A stretch of 64,000 nt of DNA, from positions 3,596,001 to 3,660,000 of the forward strand of contig CM120643.1 in the NCBI GenBank assembly GCA_051362555.1, written 5' to 3'. Shown here in pieces: positions 1-13,319 of the stretch; positions within the stretch are counted from its first letter, which is position 1, and each line of letters starts with the position of its first letter. This DNA is from Lingula anatina. Its lineage: Eukaryota; Animalia; Brachiopoda. The notes under the pieces were generated by a model. It did not search any database and had not been told where the DNA came from. It worked only from the letters and a program-made list of their open reading frames with translations. The translations under genes and the position numbers were made by a program.

Positions 1-3000
1 CCAGTCTTTTCAATGATATTTTCAGTTTTTTCAGTTATATTGTTCTTTTTCCAGAGTACCCTTACCATGGAAAAGCAGGTAGTGAAAGACAGCACCAAGA
101 GCAGCACTATGTCTTATCCATGTGTACAATACATGATATGTGGCAAGATTTAGGACATTGTCAAATATTGTGATAACAACAACCCATTCCAGAAACCCAT
201 TGTAAGGAGTAATCTGCTTCTGGCATTGATAGTAAGGAGAAGTCTTGTATGGGTATATATTGTTTTCCAGATAACAGTTATGGGTAATTTGCAACCTCTT
301 ACACAAACAACCTCAAATCATCACATTTTCAATTTAATTTATAATCACATTGCAAAATTATAAACATTTAACTATTTTAAGCCATGGAATTTGCCATTGT
401 TTTCAGTGTAATTTACAATATTTTTTCAAAGATATTGTCCCAAAAAACACTTTTCATTAGACACAGTCATATGATCAGCTTATCACAGATTTTTATTGTT
501 GTTAAGCATCATTTGTATAATTTTCAGAAACACTGGACGAGATTTGACAAAATTATTAATGTTTAACTATTTTAAGTCCTGGAATTTGCCAGTCTTTTCA
601 ATGTAAATTTCAGTTTTCCAAAATACTTTGTCCCAAAAAACACTTTTCATTAGATATGGTCAACAGATCATCTTATCACAGATTTTTAATGTTGTTAACC
701 AGCATTTGTACAAATTTCAGAAACACTGTACAAGATTTGACAAAATTATTAACGTTTAACTATTTTAAGTCGTGGGATTTGTCAGTCTTTTCAATGTAAA
801 TTTCAGTTTCTCTAAATATATTGTCTCTAAAAGACACTTTTCATTAAACACAGTCATCTGATCAGCTTATCACAGATTTTTATTGTTGTTAAGCATCATT
901 TGTACAAATTTAAGAAATATTGGACTAGATTTGACAAAATTATTATCGTTTAACTATTTTAAGTCATGAGATTTGCCAGTCTTTTCAATGAAATTTTCAG
1001 TTTTTTCAGTTATATTGTTCTTTTTCCAGAGTACCCTTACCATGAAAAGGCAGGCAGTGAAAGACAGCATCAAGAGCAGCAATATGTCTTATCCATGTGT
1101 ACAATACATGATATGTAACAAGATTTAGGACATTGTCAAATATTGTGATAACAACAACCCATTCCAGAAACCCATTGTAAGGAGTAATCTGCATCTGGCA
1201 TTGATAGTAAGGAGAAGTCTTGTATGGGTATATATCGTTTTCCAGATAACAGTTATAGGTAATTTGCAACCTCTTACACACACAACCTCAAGTCATCACA
1301 TTTGCTATTTTATTTTATATTCACATTGCAAAATTATTAACATTTAACTATTTTAAGCCATGGAATTTGGCAGTGTTTTCAGTGTAATTTTCAGTTTTTT
1401 CAAAGATATTGTCGCAAGAAGATACTTTTTATTAGACACAGTCATTTGATCAGCTTATCACAGATTTTTATTGTTGTAAAGCATCATTTGTATAATTTTC
1501 AGAAACACTGTACAAGATTTGACAAAATTATTAACGTTTAACCATTTTAAGTCATGGAATTGCCAGTCTTTTCAATGTAAATTTCAGTTTTCCCAAATCC
1601 GTTGTCCCAAAAAACACTTTTCACTAGATGCAGTCAACAGATCATCTAATCACAGATTTTTATTGTTGTTAAGCATCATTAGTACAAATTTCAGAAACAC
1701 TGTACAAGATTTGACAAAATTATTAACGTTTCACCATTTTAAGTCATGGGATTTGCCAGTCTTTTCAATATAAATTTCAGTTTTCCCCAAATACGTTGTC
1801 CCAGAAAACACTTTTCATTAGATACAGTCAACCGATCATCTAATCACAGATTTTTATTGTTGTTAAGCATCATTTGTACAAATTTCAGAAACACTGTACA
1901 AGATTTGACAAAATTATTAACGTTTAACTATTTTCAGTCGTGGGATTTGTCAGTCTTTTCAATGTAAATTTCAGTTTCCCCAAATATATTGTCTCTAAAA
2001 GACACTTTTCAATAGACATAGTCAACTGATCAGCTTATCACAGATTTTTATTGTTGTTAAGCATCATTTGTACAAATTTCAGAAATATTGGACTAGATTT
2101 GACAAAATTATTATCGTTTAACTATTTTAAGTCATGAGATTTGCCAGTCTTTTCAATGTAATTTTCAGTTTTTTCAGTTATATTGTTCTTTTTCCAGAGT
2201 ACCCTTACCATGAAAAAGCAGGCAGTGAAAGACAGCACCAAGAGCAGCATTTTGTCTTATCCATGTGTACAATACATGATATGTGGCAAGATTTAGGACA
2301 TTGTCAAATATTGTGATAACAACAACCCATTCCAGAAACCCATTGTAAGGAGTAATCTGCATCTGTCATTGATAGTAAGGAGAAGTCTTGTATGGGTATA
2401 TATTGTTTTCCAGATAATAGTTATAGGTAATTTGCAACCTCTTACACACACAACCTCGAGTCATCACATTTGCTATTTTATTTTATATTCACATTGCAAA
2501 ATTATAAACATTTAACTATTTTAAGCCATGGTATTTGGCAGTGTTTTCAGTGTAATTTTCAGTTTTTTCAAAGATATTGTCGCAAGAAGATACTTTTTAT
2601 TAGACACAGTCATTTGATCAGCTTATCACAGATTTTTATTGTTGTAAAGCATCATTTGTATAATTTTCAGAAACACTCTACAAGATTTGACAAAATCATT
2701 AACGTTTAACCATTTTAAGTCATGGAATTGCCAGTCTTTTCAATGTAAATTTCGGTTTTCCCAAATCCGTTGTCCCAAAAAACACTTTTCACTAGATGCA
2801 GTCAACAGATCATCTAATCACAGATTTTTATTGTTGTTAAGCATCATTAGTACAAATTTCAGAAACACTGTACAAGATTTGACAAAATTATTAACGTTTC
2901 ACCATTTTAAGTCATGGGATTTGCCAGTCTTTTCAATGTAAATTTCAGTTTTTCCCCAAATACGTTGTCCCAGAAAACACTTTTCATTAGATACAGTCAA

Positions 3001-6000
3001 CAGATCATCTAATCACAGATTTTTATTGTTGTTAAGCATCATTTGTACAAATTTCAGAAACACTGTACAAGATTTGACAAAATTATTAACGTTTCACTAT
3101 TTTCAGTCGTGGGATTTGTCAGTCTTTTCAGTCTAAATTTCAGTTTCCCCAAATATATTGTCTCTAAAAGACACTTTTCAATAGACACAGTCAACTGATC
3201 AGCTTTTTCACAGATTTTTATTGTTGTTAAGCATCATTTGTACAAATTTCAGAAATATTGGACTAGATTTGACAAAATTATTATCGTTTAACTATTTTAA
3301 GTCATGAGATTTGCCAGTCTTTTCAATGATATTTTCAGTTTTTTCAGTTATATTGTTCTTTTTCCAGAGTACCCTTACCATGGAAAAGCAGGTAGTGAAA
3401 GACAGCACCAAGAGCAGCACTATGTCTTATCCATGTGTACAATACATGATATGTGGCAAGATTTAGGACATTGTCAAATATTGTGATAACAACAACCCAT
3501 TCCAGAAACCCATTGTAAGGAGTAATCTGCTTCTGGCATTGATAGTAAGGAGAAGTCTTGTATGGGTATATATTGTTTTCCAGATAACAGTTATGGGTAA
3601 TTTGCAACCTCTTACACAAACAACCTCAAATCATCACATTTTCAATTTAATTTATAATCACATTGCAAAATTATAAACATTTAACTATTTTAAGCCATGG
3701 AATTTGCCATTGTTTTCAGTGTAATTTACAATTTTTTCAAAGATATTGTCCCAAAAAACACTTTTCATTAGACACAGTCATATGATCAGCTTATCACAGA
3801 TTTTTATTGTTGTTAAGCATCATTTGTATAATTTTCAGAAACACTGGACGAGATTTGACAAAATTATTAATGTTTAACTATTTTAAGTCCTGGAATTTGC
3901 CAGTCTTTTCAATGTAAATTTCAGTTTTCCAAAATACTTTGTCCCAAAAAACACTTTTCATTAGATATGGTCAACAGATCATCTTATCACAGATTTTTAA
4001 TGTTGTTAACCAGCATTTGTACAAATTTCAGAAACACTGTACAAGATTTGACAAAATTATTAACGTTTAACTATTTTAAGTCGTGGGATTTGTCAGTCTT
4101 TTCAATGTAAATTTCAGTTTCTCTAAATATATTGTCTCTAAAAGACACTTTTCATTAAACACAGTCATCTGATCAGCTTATCACAGATTTTTATTGTTGT
4201 TAAGCATCATTTGTACAAATTTCAGAAATATTGGACAGGATTTGACAAAATTATTAACGTTTAACTATTTTAAGTCGTGGGATTTGTCAGTCTTTTCATT
4301 GTAAATTTCAGTTTTTTCAGTTGTATTGTTCTTTTTCCAGAGTACCCTTACCATTAAAAGGCAGGCAGTGAAAGACAGCATCAAGAGCAGCAATATGTCT
4401 TATCCATGTGTACAATACATGATATGTAACAAGATTTAGGACATTGTCAAATATTGTGATAACAACAACCCATTCCAGAAACCCATTGTAAGGAGTAATC
4501 TGCTTCTGGCATTGATAGTAAGGAGAAGTCTTGTATGGGTATATATCGTTTTCCAGATAACAGTTACAGGTAATTTGCAACCTCTTACACACACAACCTC
4601 AAGTCATCACATTTGCTATTTTATTTTATATTCACATTGCAAAATTATTAACATTTAAGTATTTTAAGCCATGGAATTTGGCAGTGTTTTCAGTGTAATT
4701 TTCAGTTTTTTCAAAGATATTGTCACAAGAAGATACTTTTTATTAGACACAGTCATTTGATCAGCTTATCACAGATTTTTATTGTCGTAAAGCATCATTT
4801 GTATAATTTTCAGAAACACTGTACAAGATTTGACAAAATTATTAACGTTTAACCATTTCAAGTCATGGAATTGCCACTCTTTTCAATGTAAATTTCAGTT
4901 TTCCCAAATCCGTTGTCCCAAAAAACACTTTTCACTAGATGCAGTCAACAGATCATCTAATCACAGATTTTTATTGTTGTTAAGCATCATTAGTACAAAT
5001 TTCAGAAACACTGTACAAGATTTGACAAAATTATTAACGTTTCACCATTTTAAGTCATGGGATTTGCCAGTCTTTTCAATGTAAATTTCAGTTTTTCCCC
5101 AAATACGTTGTCCCAGAAAACACTTTTCATTAGATACAGTCAACAGATCATCTAATCACAGATTTTTATTGTTGTTAAGCATCATTTGTACAAATTTCAG
5201 AAACACTGTACAAGATTTGACAAAATTATTAACGTTTCACTATTTTCAGTCGTGGGATTTGTCAGTCTTTTCAGTCTAAATTTCAGTTTCCCCAAATATA
5301 TTGTCTCTAAAAGACACTTTTCAATAGACACAGTCAACTGATCAGCTTTTTCACAGATTTTTATTGTTGTTAAGCATCATTTGAACAAATTTCAGAAATA
5401 TTGGACAAGATTTGACAAAATTATTAACGTTTAACTATTTTAAGTCGTGGAATTTGGCAGTGTTTTTAGAGTAATTTTCAGTTTTCTCAAATATGTCATC
5501 TGAAGAAAATACTTTTCAATAGATAAAGGCAACTAATCAACTTATCACAGATTTTTATTGTTGTTAAGCATCATTTGTACAAATTTCAGAAATATTGGAC
5601 TAGATTTGACAAAATTATTATCGTTTAACTATTTTAAGTCATGAGATTTGCCAGTCTTTTCAATGAAATTTTCAGTTTTTTCAGTTATATTGTTCTTTTT
5701 CCAGAGTACCCTTACCATGGAAAAGCAGGTCGTGAAAGACAGCACCAAGAGCAGCACTATGTCTTATCCATGTGTACAATACATGATATGTGGCAAGATT
5801 TAGGACATTGTCAAATATTGTGATAGCAACAACCCATTCCAGAAACCCATTGTAAGGAGTAATCTGCTTCTGGCATTGATAGTAAGGAGAAGTCTTGTAT
5901 GGGTATATATTGTTTTCCAGATAACAGTTATAGGTAATTTGCAACCTCTTACACAAACAACCTCAAATCATCACATTTTCAATTTAATTTATAATCACAT

Positions 6001-9000
6001 TGCAAAATTATAAACATTTAACTATTTTAAGCCATGGAATTTGCCATTGTTTTCAGTGTAATTTACAATTTTTTCAAAGATATTGTCGGAATAAGATACT
6101 TTTCATTAGACACAGTCATATGATCAGCTTATCACAGATTTTTATTGTTGTTAAGCATCATTTGTATAATTTTTAGAAACACTGGACGAGATTTGACAAA
6201 ATTATTAACGTTTAACTATTTTAAGTCGTGGAATTTGCCAGTCTTTTCAATGTAAATTTCAGTTTTCCAAAATACTTTGTCCCAAAAAACACTTTTCATT
6301 AGATATGGTCAACAGATCATCTTATCACAGATTTTTAATGTTGTTAACCAGCATTTGTACAAATTTCAGAAACACTGTACAAGATTTGACAAAATTATTA
6401 ACGTTTCACCATTTTAAGTCATGGGATTTGCCAGTCTTTTCAATGTAAATTTCAGTTTTTCCCCAAATACGTTGTCCCAGAAAACACTTTTCATTAGATA
6501 CAGTCAACAGATCATCTAATCACAGATTTTTATTGTTGTTAAGCATCATTTGTACAAATTTCAGAAACACTGTACAAGATTTGACAAAATTATTAACGTT
6601 TCACTATTTTCAGTCGTGGGATTTGTCAGTCTTTTCAATGTAAATTTCAGTTTTCCCAAATCCGTTGTCCCAAAAAACAATTTTCAATAGACACAGTCAA
6701 CTGATCAGCTTTTTCACAGATTTTTATTGTTGTTAAGCATCATTTGAACAAATTTCAGAAATATTGGACAAGATTTGACAAAATTATTAACGTTTAACTA
6801 TTTTAAGTCGTGGAATTTGGCAGTGTTTTTAGAGTAATTTTCAGTTTTCTCAAATATGTCATCTGAAAAAAATACTTTTCAATAGATAAAGGCAACTAAT
6901 CAACTTATCACAGATTTTTATTGTTGTTAAGCATCATTTGTACAAATTTCAGAAATATTGGACTAGATTTGACAAAATTATTATCGTTTAACTATTTTAA
7001 GTCATGAGATTTGCCAGTCTTTTCAATGAAATTTTCAGTTTTTTCAGTTATATTGTTCTTTTTCCAGGGTACCCTTACCATGGAAAAGCAGGTCGTGAAA
7101 GACAGCACCAAGAGCAGCACTATGTCTTATCCATGTGTACAATACATGATATGTGGCAAGATTTAGGACATTGTCAAATATTGTGATAGCAACAACCCAT
7201 TCCAGAAACCCATTGTAAGGAGTAATCTGCTTCTGGCATTGATAGTAAGGAGAAGTCTTGTATGGGTATATATTGTTTTCCAGATAACAGTTATAGGTAA
7301 TTTGCAACCTCTTACACAAACAACCTCAAATCATCACATTTTCAATTTAATTTATAATCACATTGCAAAATTATAAACATTTAACTATTTTAAGCCATGG
7401 AATTTGCCATTGTTTTCAGTGTAATTTACAATTTTTTCAAAGATATTGTCGGAATAAGATACTTTTCATTAGACACAGTCATATGATCAGCTTATCACAG
7501 ATTTTTATTGTTGTTAAGCATCATTTGTATAATTTTTAGAAACACTGGACGAGATTTGACAAAATTATTAACGTTTAACTATTTTAAGTCCTGGAATTTG
7601 CCAGTCTTTTCAATGTAAATTTCAGTTTTCCAAAATACTTTGTCCCAAAAAACACTTTTCATTAGATATGGTCAACAGATCATCTTATCACAGATTTTTA
7701 ATGTTGTTAACCAGCATTTGTACAAATTTCAGAAACACTGTACAAGATTTGACAAAATTATTAATGTTTAACTATTTTAAGTCGTGGGATTTGTCAGTCT
7801 TTTCAATGTAAATTTCAGTTTTCCAAAATACTTTGTCCCAAAAGACACTTTTCATTAGATATGGTCAACAGATCATCTTATCACAGATTTTTAATGTTGT
7901 TAACCAGCATTTGTACAAATTTCAGAAACACTGTACAAGATTTGACAAAATTATTAACGTTTAACTATTTTAAGTCGTGGGATTTGTCAGTCTTTTCAAT
8001 GTAAATTTCAGTTTCTCTAAATATATTGTCTCTAAAAGACACTTTTCATTAAACACAGTCATCTGATCAGCTTATCACAGATTTTTATTGTTGTTAAGCA
8101 TCATTTGTACAAATTTCAGAAATATTGGACTAGATTTGACAAAATTATTATCGTTTAACTATTTTAAGTCATGAGATTTGCCAGTCTTTTCAATGAAATT
8201 TTCAGTTTTTTCAGTTATATTGTTCTTTTTCCAGAGTACCCTTACCATGAAAAGGCAGGCAGTGAAAGACAGCATCAAGAGCAGCAATATGTCTTATCCA
8301 TGTGTACAATACATGATATGTAACAAGATTTAGGACATTGTCAAATATTGTGATAACAACAACCCATTCCAGAAACCCATTGTAAGGAGTAATCTGCATC
8401 TGGCATTGATAGTAAGGAGAAGTCTTGTATGGGTATATATCGTTTTCCAGATAACAGTTACAGGTAATGTGCAACCTCTTACACACACAACCTCAAGTCA
8501 TCACATTTGCTATTTTATTTTATATTCACATTGCAAAATTATTAACATTTAAGTATTTTAAGCCATGGAATTTGGCAGTGTTTTCAGTGTAATTTTCAGT
8601 TTTTTCAAAGATATTGTCACAAGAAGATACTTTTTATTAGACACAGTCATTTGATCAGCTTATCACAGATTTTTATTGTCGTAAAGCATCATTTGTATAA
8701 TTTTCAGAAACACTGTACAAGATTTGACAAAATTATTAACGTTTAACCATTTCAAGTCATGGAATTGCCACTCTTTTCAATGTAAATTTCAGTTTTCCCA
8801 AATCCGTTGTCCCAAAAAACACTTTTCACTAGATGCATTCAACAAATCATCTAATCACAGATTTTTATTGTTGTTAAGCATCATTTGTACAAATTTCAGA
8901 AACACTGTACAAGATTTGACAAAATTATTAATGTTTAACTATTTTCAGTCGTGGGATTTGTCAGTCTTTTCAATGTAAATTTCAGTTTCCCCAAATATAT

Positions 9001-10430
9001 TGTCTCAAAAGACACTTTTCAATAGACACAGTCAACTGATCAGCTTATCACAGATTTTTATTGTTGTTAAGCATCATTTGTAAAAATTTCAGAAATATTG
9101 GACAAGATTTGACAAAATTATTAACGTTTAACTATTTTAAGTCGTGGAATTTGGCAGTGTTTTTAGAGTAATTTTCAGTTTTCTCAAATATGTCATCTGA
9201 AGAAAATACTTTTCAATAGATAAAGGCAACTAATCAACTTATCACAGATTTTTATTGTTGTTAAGCATCATTTGTACAAATTTCAGAAATATTGGACTAG
9301 ATTTGACAAAATTATTATCGTTTAACTATTTTAAGTCATGAGATTTGCCAGTCTTTTCAATGAAATTTTCAGTTTTTTCAGTTATATTGTTCTTTTTCCA
9401 GAGTACCCTTACCATGGAAAAGCAGGTAGTGAAAGACAGCACCAAGAGCAGCACTATGTCTTATCCATGTGTACAATACATGATATGTGGCAAGATTTAG
9501 GACATTGTCAAATATTGTGATAACAACAACCCATTCCAGAAACCCATTGTAAGGAGTAATCTGCTTCTGGCATTGATAGTAAGGAGAAGTCTTGTATGGG
9601 TATATATTGTTTTCCAGATAACAGTTATAGGTAATTTGCAACCTCTTACACAAACAACCTCAAATCATCACATTTTCAATTTAATTTATAATCACATTGC
9701 AAAATTATAAACATTTAACTATTTTAAGCCATGGAATTTGGCAGTGTTTTCAGTGTAATTTTCAGTTTTTTCAAAGATATTGTCGCAAGAAGATACTTTT
9801 TATTAGACACAGTCATTTGATCAGCTTATCACAGATTTTTATTGTTGTAAAGCATCATTTGTATAATTTTCAGAAACACTGTACAAGATTTGACAAAATT
9901 ATTAACGTTTAACCATTTTAAGTCATGGAATTGCCAGTCTTTTCAATGTAAATTTCAGTTTTCCCAAATCCGTTGTCCCAAAAAACACTTTTCACTAGAT
10001 GCAGTCAACAGATCATCTTATCACAGATTTTTAATGTCGTTAACCAGCATTTGTACAAATTTCAGAAACACTACAAGATTTGACAAAATTATAAACGTTT
10101 AACTATTTTAAGTCGTGGGATTTGTCAGTCTTTTCAATGTACATTTCAGTTTCCCCAAATATATTGTCTCTAAAAGACACTTTTCATTAAACACAGTCAA
10201 CTGATCAGCTTATCACAGATTTTTGTTGTTGTTAAGCATCATTTGTAAAAATTTCCGAAATATTGGACAAGATTTGACAAAATTATTAACGTTTTACCAT
10301 TTTAAGTCATGGAATTTGCCAGTGTTTTTAGAGTAATTTTCAATTTTCCCAAATATGTTGTCCCAAAAAACACTTTTCACTAGATACAGTCATTGAGTTT
10401 GCCAGTCTTTTCAATGTAATTTTTTAGCTT
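1..10430. repeat. Higher-order satellite: ~35 monomers of 193-195 bp plus nine ~393-bp cassette units; continues off the left edge
   Basis: GCCAGTCTTTTCAATG...GATTTGACAAAATTATTAACGTTT recurs every 193-195 bp. Cassette spacings of 975, 1168, 1170, 973, 1364, 1363, 1167 and 1167 bp equal 393 plus 3-5 monomers. Confidence 0.97.
55..283 (+). other. Exon-like cassette in the satellite (first of 9 copies, others near 1030, 2198, 3368, 4341, 5705, 7068, 8235, 9402)
   Basis: Polypyrimidine acceptor TTGTTCTTTTTCCAG|, donor-like RG|GTAAT, more balanced composition than the monomers; stops in all three plus frames. Confidence 0.4.
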
Positions 10431-10770
10431 TTTATGTACACATGCAGTCTGTACATATAGCTGTCACCTGTGTCTGTCATTGCCGTTGCCATCACCGTCC
10501 CTGTCGCCGTTGCCATGCACTCAGCGATAACACAATAAGTGGAATACCGTTTTATTTTTTGTATTCAAACTTACAGAACTGATGAATATTCATAATATGC
10601 AGGTGAAGTTCGAAAAACCAGCATGATTGGGCCATTTTTAGGGAAGTTATGCTGTTTTTTCACTTTTTTTCAGCATATATGCAACCCTGATAACACGATA
10701 AGTGAAAAACCGCTTTACTTTTTGGCTTGAAACTTACAGAACTTACAGAATATTCATAATGCCAAGTAAA
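10429..10770 (+). mobile_element. Truncated HINE (Helentron-associated non-autonomous element), family 1, subfamily b, 5' part
   Basis: T-run + ATGTACA..GTCTGTACAT hairpin remnant, GTCGCC-type microsatellite, ~160-bp core repeat matching 61736 onward. Confidence 0.8.
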
Positions 10771-10890
10771 TTTAAAGGTGGTTAAAATAAAATCCAATGT
10801 TTTCATCATATAATTTGAGTTTTAATTTGCAACACCAACCACAAGAGACAGCTAGTGCAATCACATTTGAACAAAGTGCATATGGCTAAC

Positions 10891-10959
10891 CTTAGAAAAA
10901 TAGTTCTTGTGTCCATCATATATAATCTTATACATTATATGAAGGCTCATATGGAATAC
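10891..10959 (-). pseudogene. Ulp1-like exon VFHMSLHIMYKIIYDGHKNYFSK
   Basis: 69-nt phase-0 exon, TTCTTTTTACAG| and |GTTAGC, in frame with the previous exon. Confidence 0.6.
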
Positions 10960-11611
10960 CTGTAAAAAGAATCATTTTAATGATGGAAACATCTTGGCAG
11001 CTGTAAAATTCATAATATGTATTATTTTATCATGGATGATGCTGTGATATACAAAGACTGATATATACAATACATTATTTTTTACAATTTTAATTGCAGC
11101 TAAGAGAGCCAGTTAGGGTTCACAATGCAACATTTAGAGCTTAAAGAGATAACTACTCTTTGTATGAGATTTATGCTTATAGAAAAAATAGATTTTAATC
11201 AATTAAAGAAATATAATAAACTCTATTTTACCACTAAAATGTTATTTATCGCAATTAATCTGGAATCTGTGCTTTTCATCGAATTACGCGACCTCCATAG
11301 ATTACTAGCCTTTGTAATAATCTCTTAAGAGACAAGCTTTTAAAAACCTGGACTAACTCTGAATATCGGAACAGATTTATTTACCATTGGTATGAAAGGG
11401 GAAACAAAAGTCCGTTTTCTGGTCGAAATGATAAGTTTTTATTTCTTTAATAAACATTATTATTAATTTTCTTCACAATAATAATAACAATAATGGTTGT
11501 TATTAATACTTTTATCATTATTTTATATTTATTAATTCTAGCCAAATGTCATTGGTGATTTCACATGACATTTAATTTTTTTATCTTATTGTACTTTGTT
11601 AGAACTCTTAC

Positions 11612-11659
11612 CTTCTTACCACTGTTTCCAATGATAAGATCAAGATAACTGTCAATTAC
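11612..11659 (-). pseudogene. Ulp1-like exon VIDSYLDLIIGNSGKK
   Basis: 48-nt phase-0 exon, TTTAG| and |GTAAGA; completes LTDE|VIDSYL, resembling the Ulp1/SENP motif LnDevIn.Y..L. Confidence 0.7.
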
Positions 11660-11865
11660 CTAAACATAAAGCATGTTATATATCTCATTTTCAATAAATC
11701 AAACATTAGAAAGAGAAATTAATGTCTCTTTATGTTGAGTATGTATGTACTATTAGTAACAAGGCAAATTCTGCAAGGCATTATTTAAGTCTATGTAGCT
11801 CATTTTAACATTAGATATTCATAAGATTTTTATATTTTACCTGTGCAACAAAACTGTTTACTTAC

Positions 11866-13077
11866 TTCATCAGTAAGCATCCCATTAATAGATGAAATGC
11901 TATCATATGTAATGTGGTGGGATTTATACTTTCCGAGTGTTCTGTTTGTTGACTCCATGTTGGAGTCTTTGTAAATGACAGAGTGTTTGATGCTTTCCTC
12001 AAAGATGGTGTTCTTAGTGGAAGAGGGAGTTACAATATTGGATTTGGTAGAGTGAACGGTGGTGCTTCTGTGGTTGGATTGGACAACAGAGCTGGTAGGC
12101 ATATTAGATGATTTAGCTTTTGGTGCTAGAAAGCATGGCACTGGAGGTTAACACAATTGACTCCTGACAGTGAAGTTGTCCAACACTTGTTCCTCTTGGA
12201 CAACATGGCAGTCAGCTGTGTCTCCTGGAAGAGACAAGTTTATCCCATTTTGTCTTTTCATCATCTCCGCTTTATGCCCGACTCTTCCTGACTGTACGCA
12301 TCTTTTCCCTGGTGTAATAGGTAAATGTGATTGAACACATTCTTTGGCTTCAGGTTTTGTACCTGGCTTTTTCTTGAGTTGCAGTTGTTGCTTTTTGGCA
12401 GGACTAGGCCGTAAATCAACCCCACTTTCATTTGAAATTGACTCTTGTAACTTCTGAAGGATTGTTATCAACTTTTCATTTGTGTGGCGGATGGCTTCAC
12501 CATCTGTAACTAAATAGGTTTTTGACTTAATTTGTGCTAAAAGATCATGGCACTTAGAAAGTTCTGTTTGTTTGGGGAATATTGGTGTTGGGATTTCTGG
12601 CAAATTAGAAGATGACACATTTACATGCACTACATAGTACTGGGATCTGTGTTATTTGGTGTGAGCTTCGTCGATTTAAACAGGACCTCTTCATCTATAG
12701 TAAAAAACGAGGAGTTCCTGTAGTTGGCTGGTACATGTAGCTGATCCCAGCTCACGTCTTTAAAACATAATATACCAAACAAATGCTTGCATTGCAGCCA
12801 TTTAATTGCCAGTCCTGGCAAGTACAAGATGGTGCAACCTCTCCAGATCCAAACGTGAAAGTGTGCCAATATCCACGTTTGGTCTCACTTTGTATTTGAC
12901 ACCTGGCAGGACCAACCATAAAAATGGCTTCTTCCTTGTCCTCAAGATAGGATGCACTGGCTATTCTTCTCATACAATGTTTAGTAAAAAAACTCTGGGC
13001 AATTCTGTAGATAAGACGGAACTGTGGCATCATACATCCTATAATATCCAGCATAGGTATTATTCTTTTTTATGTAT
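11866..13077 (-). pseudogene. Large exon of a decayed DNA-transposon gene (SWIM zinc finger, linker, start of Ulp1/C48 peptidase); MULE- or Zisupton-like
   Basis: Joined ORF pieces give PSCTCQDW..LQCKHLFGIL (CxC..CxH SWIM); acceptor TTTTTCAG and donor GAA|GTAAGT; ends ...SINGMLTDE; about 3 frameshifts and one in-frame stop. Confidence 0.8.
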
Positions 13078-13319
13078 CTGAAAAATGAATTATATCTTTG
13101 ATGACATTTATATAAGTCAGAAGTAAAAATTGACATATTTTTAAGACAAGTAAATAACACAGAATTATACATTGGACCTGGTGAATCTCTTTGAAAACTT
13201 TTGATTAACACTTTTATATGCTTACTTATATTACTTATCAGTAGCTTATGCACATTCTATTATACGGTATGAAAATCATAATGTTATAACATATCAAAAT
13301 GATTTACATTAAAAATATT

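Noticed and set aside
1-10430. CRISPR-like or protein-coding reading of the array, including the repeated 91-aa minus ORF and the 60-84-aa plus ORFs
   Set aside because: Units are ~194 bp with no unique spacers and no cas genes. The ORFs mostly start at TTG/GTG, recur only because the DNA is repeated, and the 91-aa frame is broken in copy 3.
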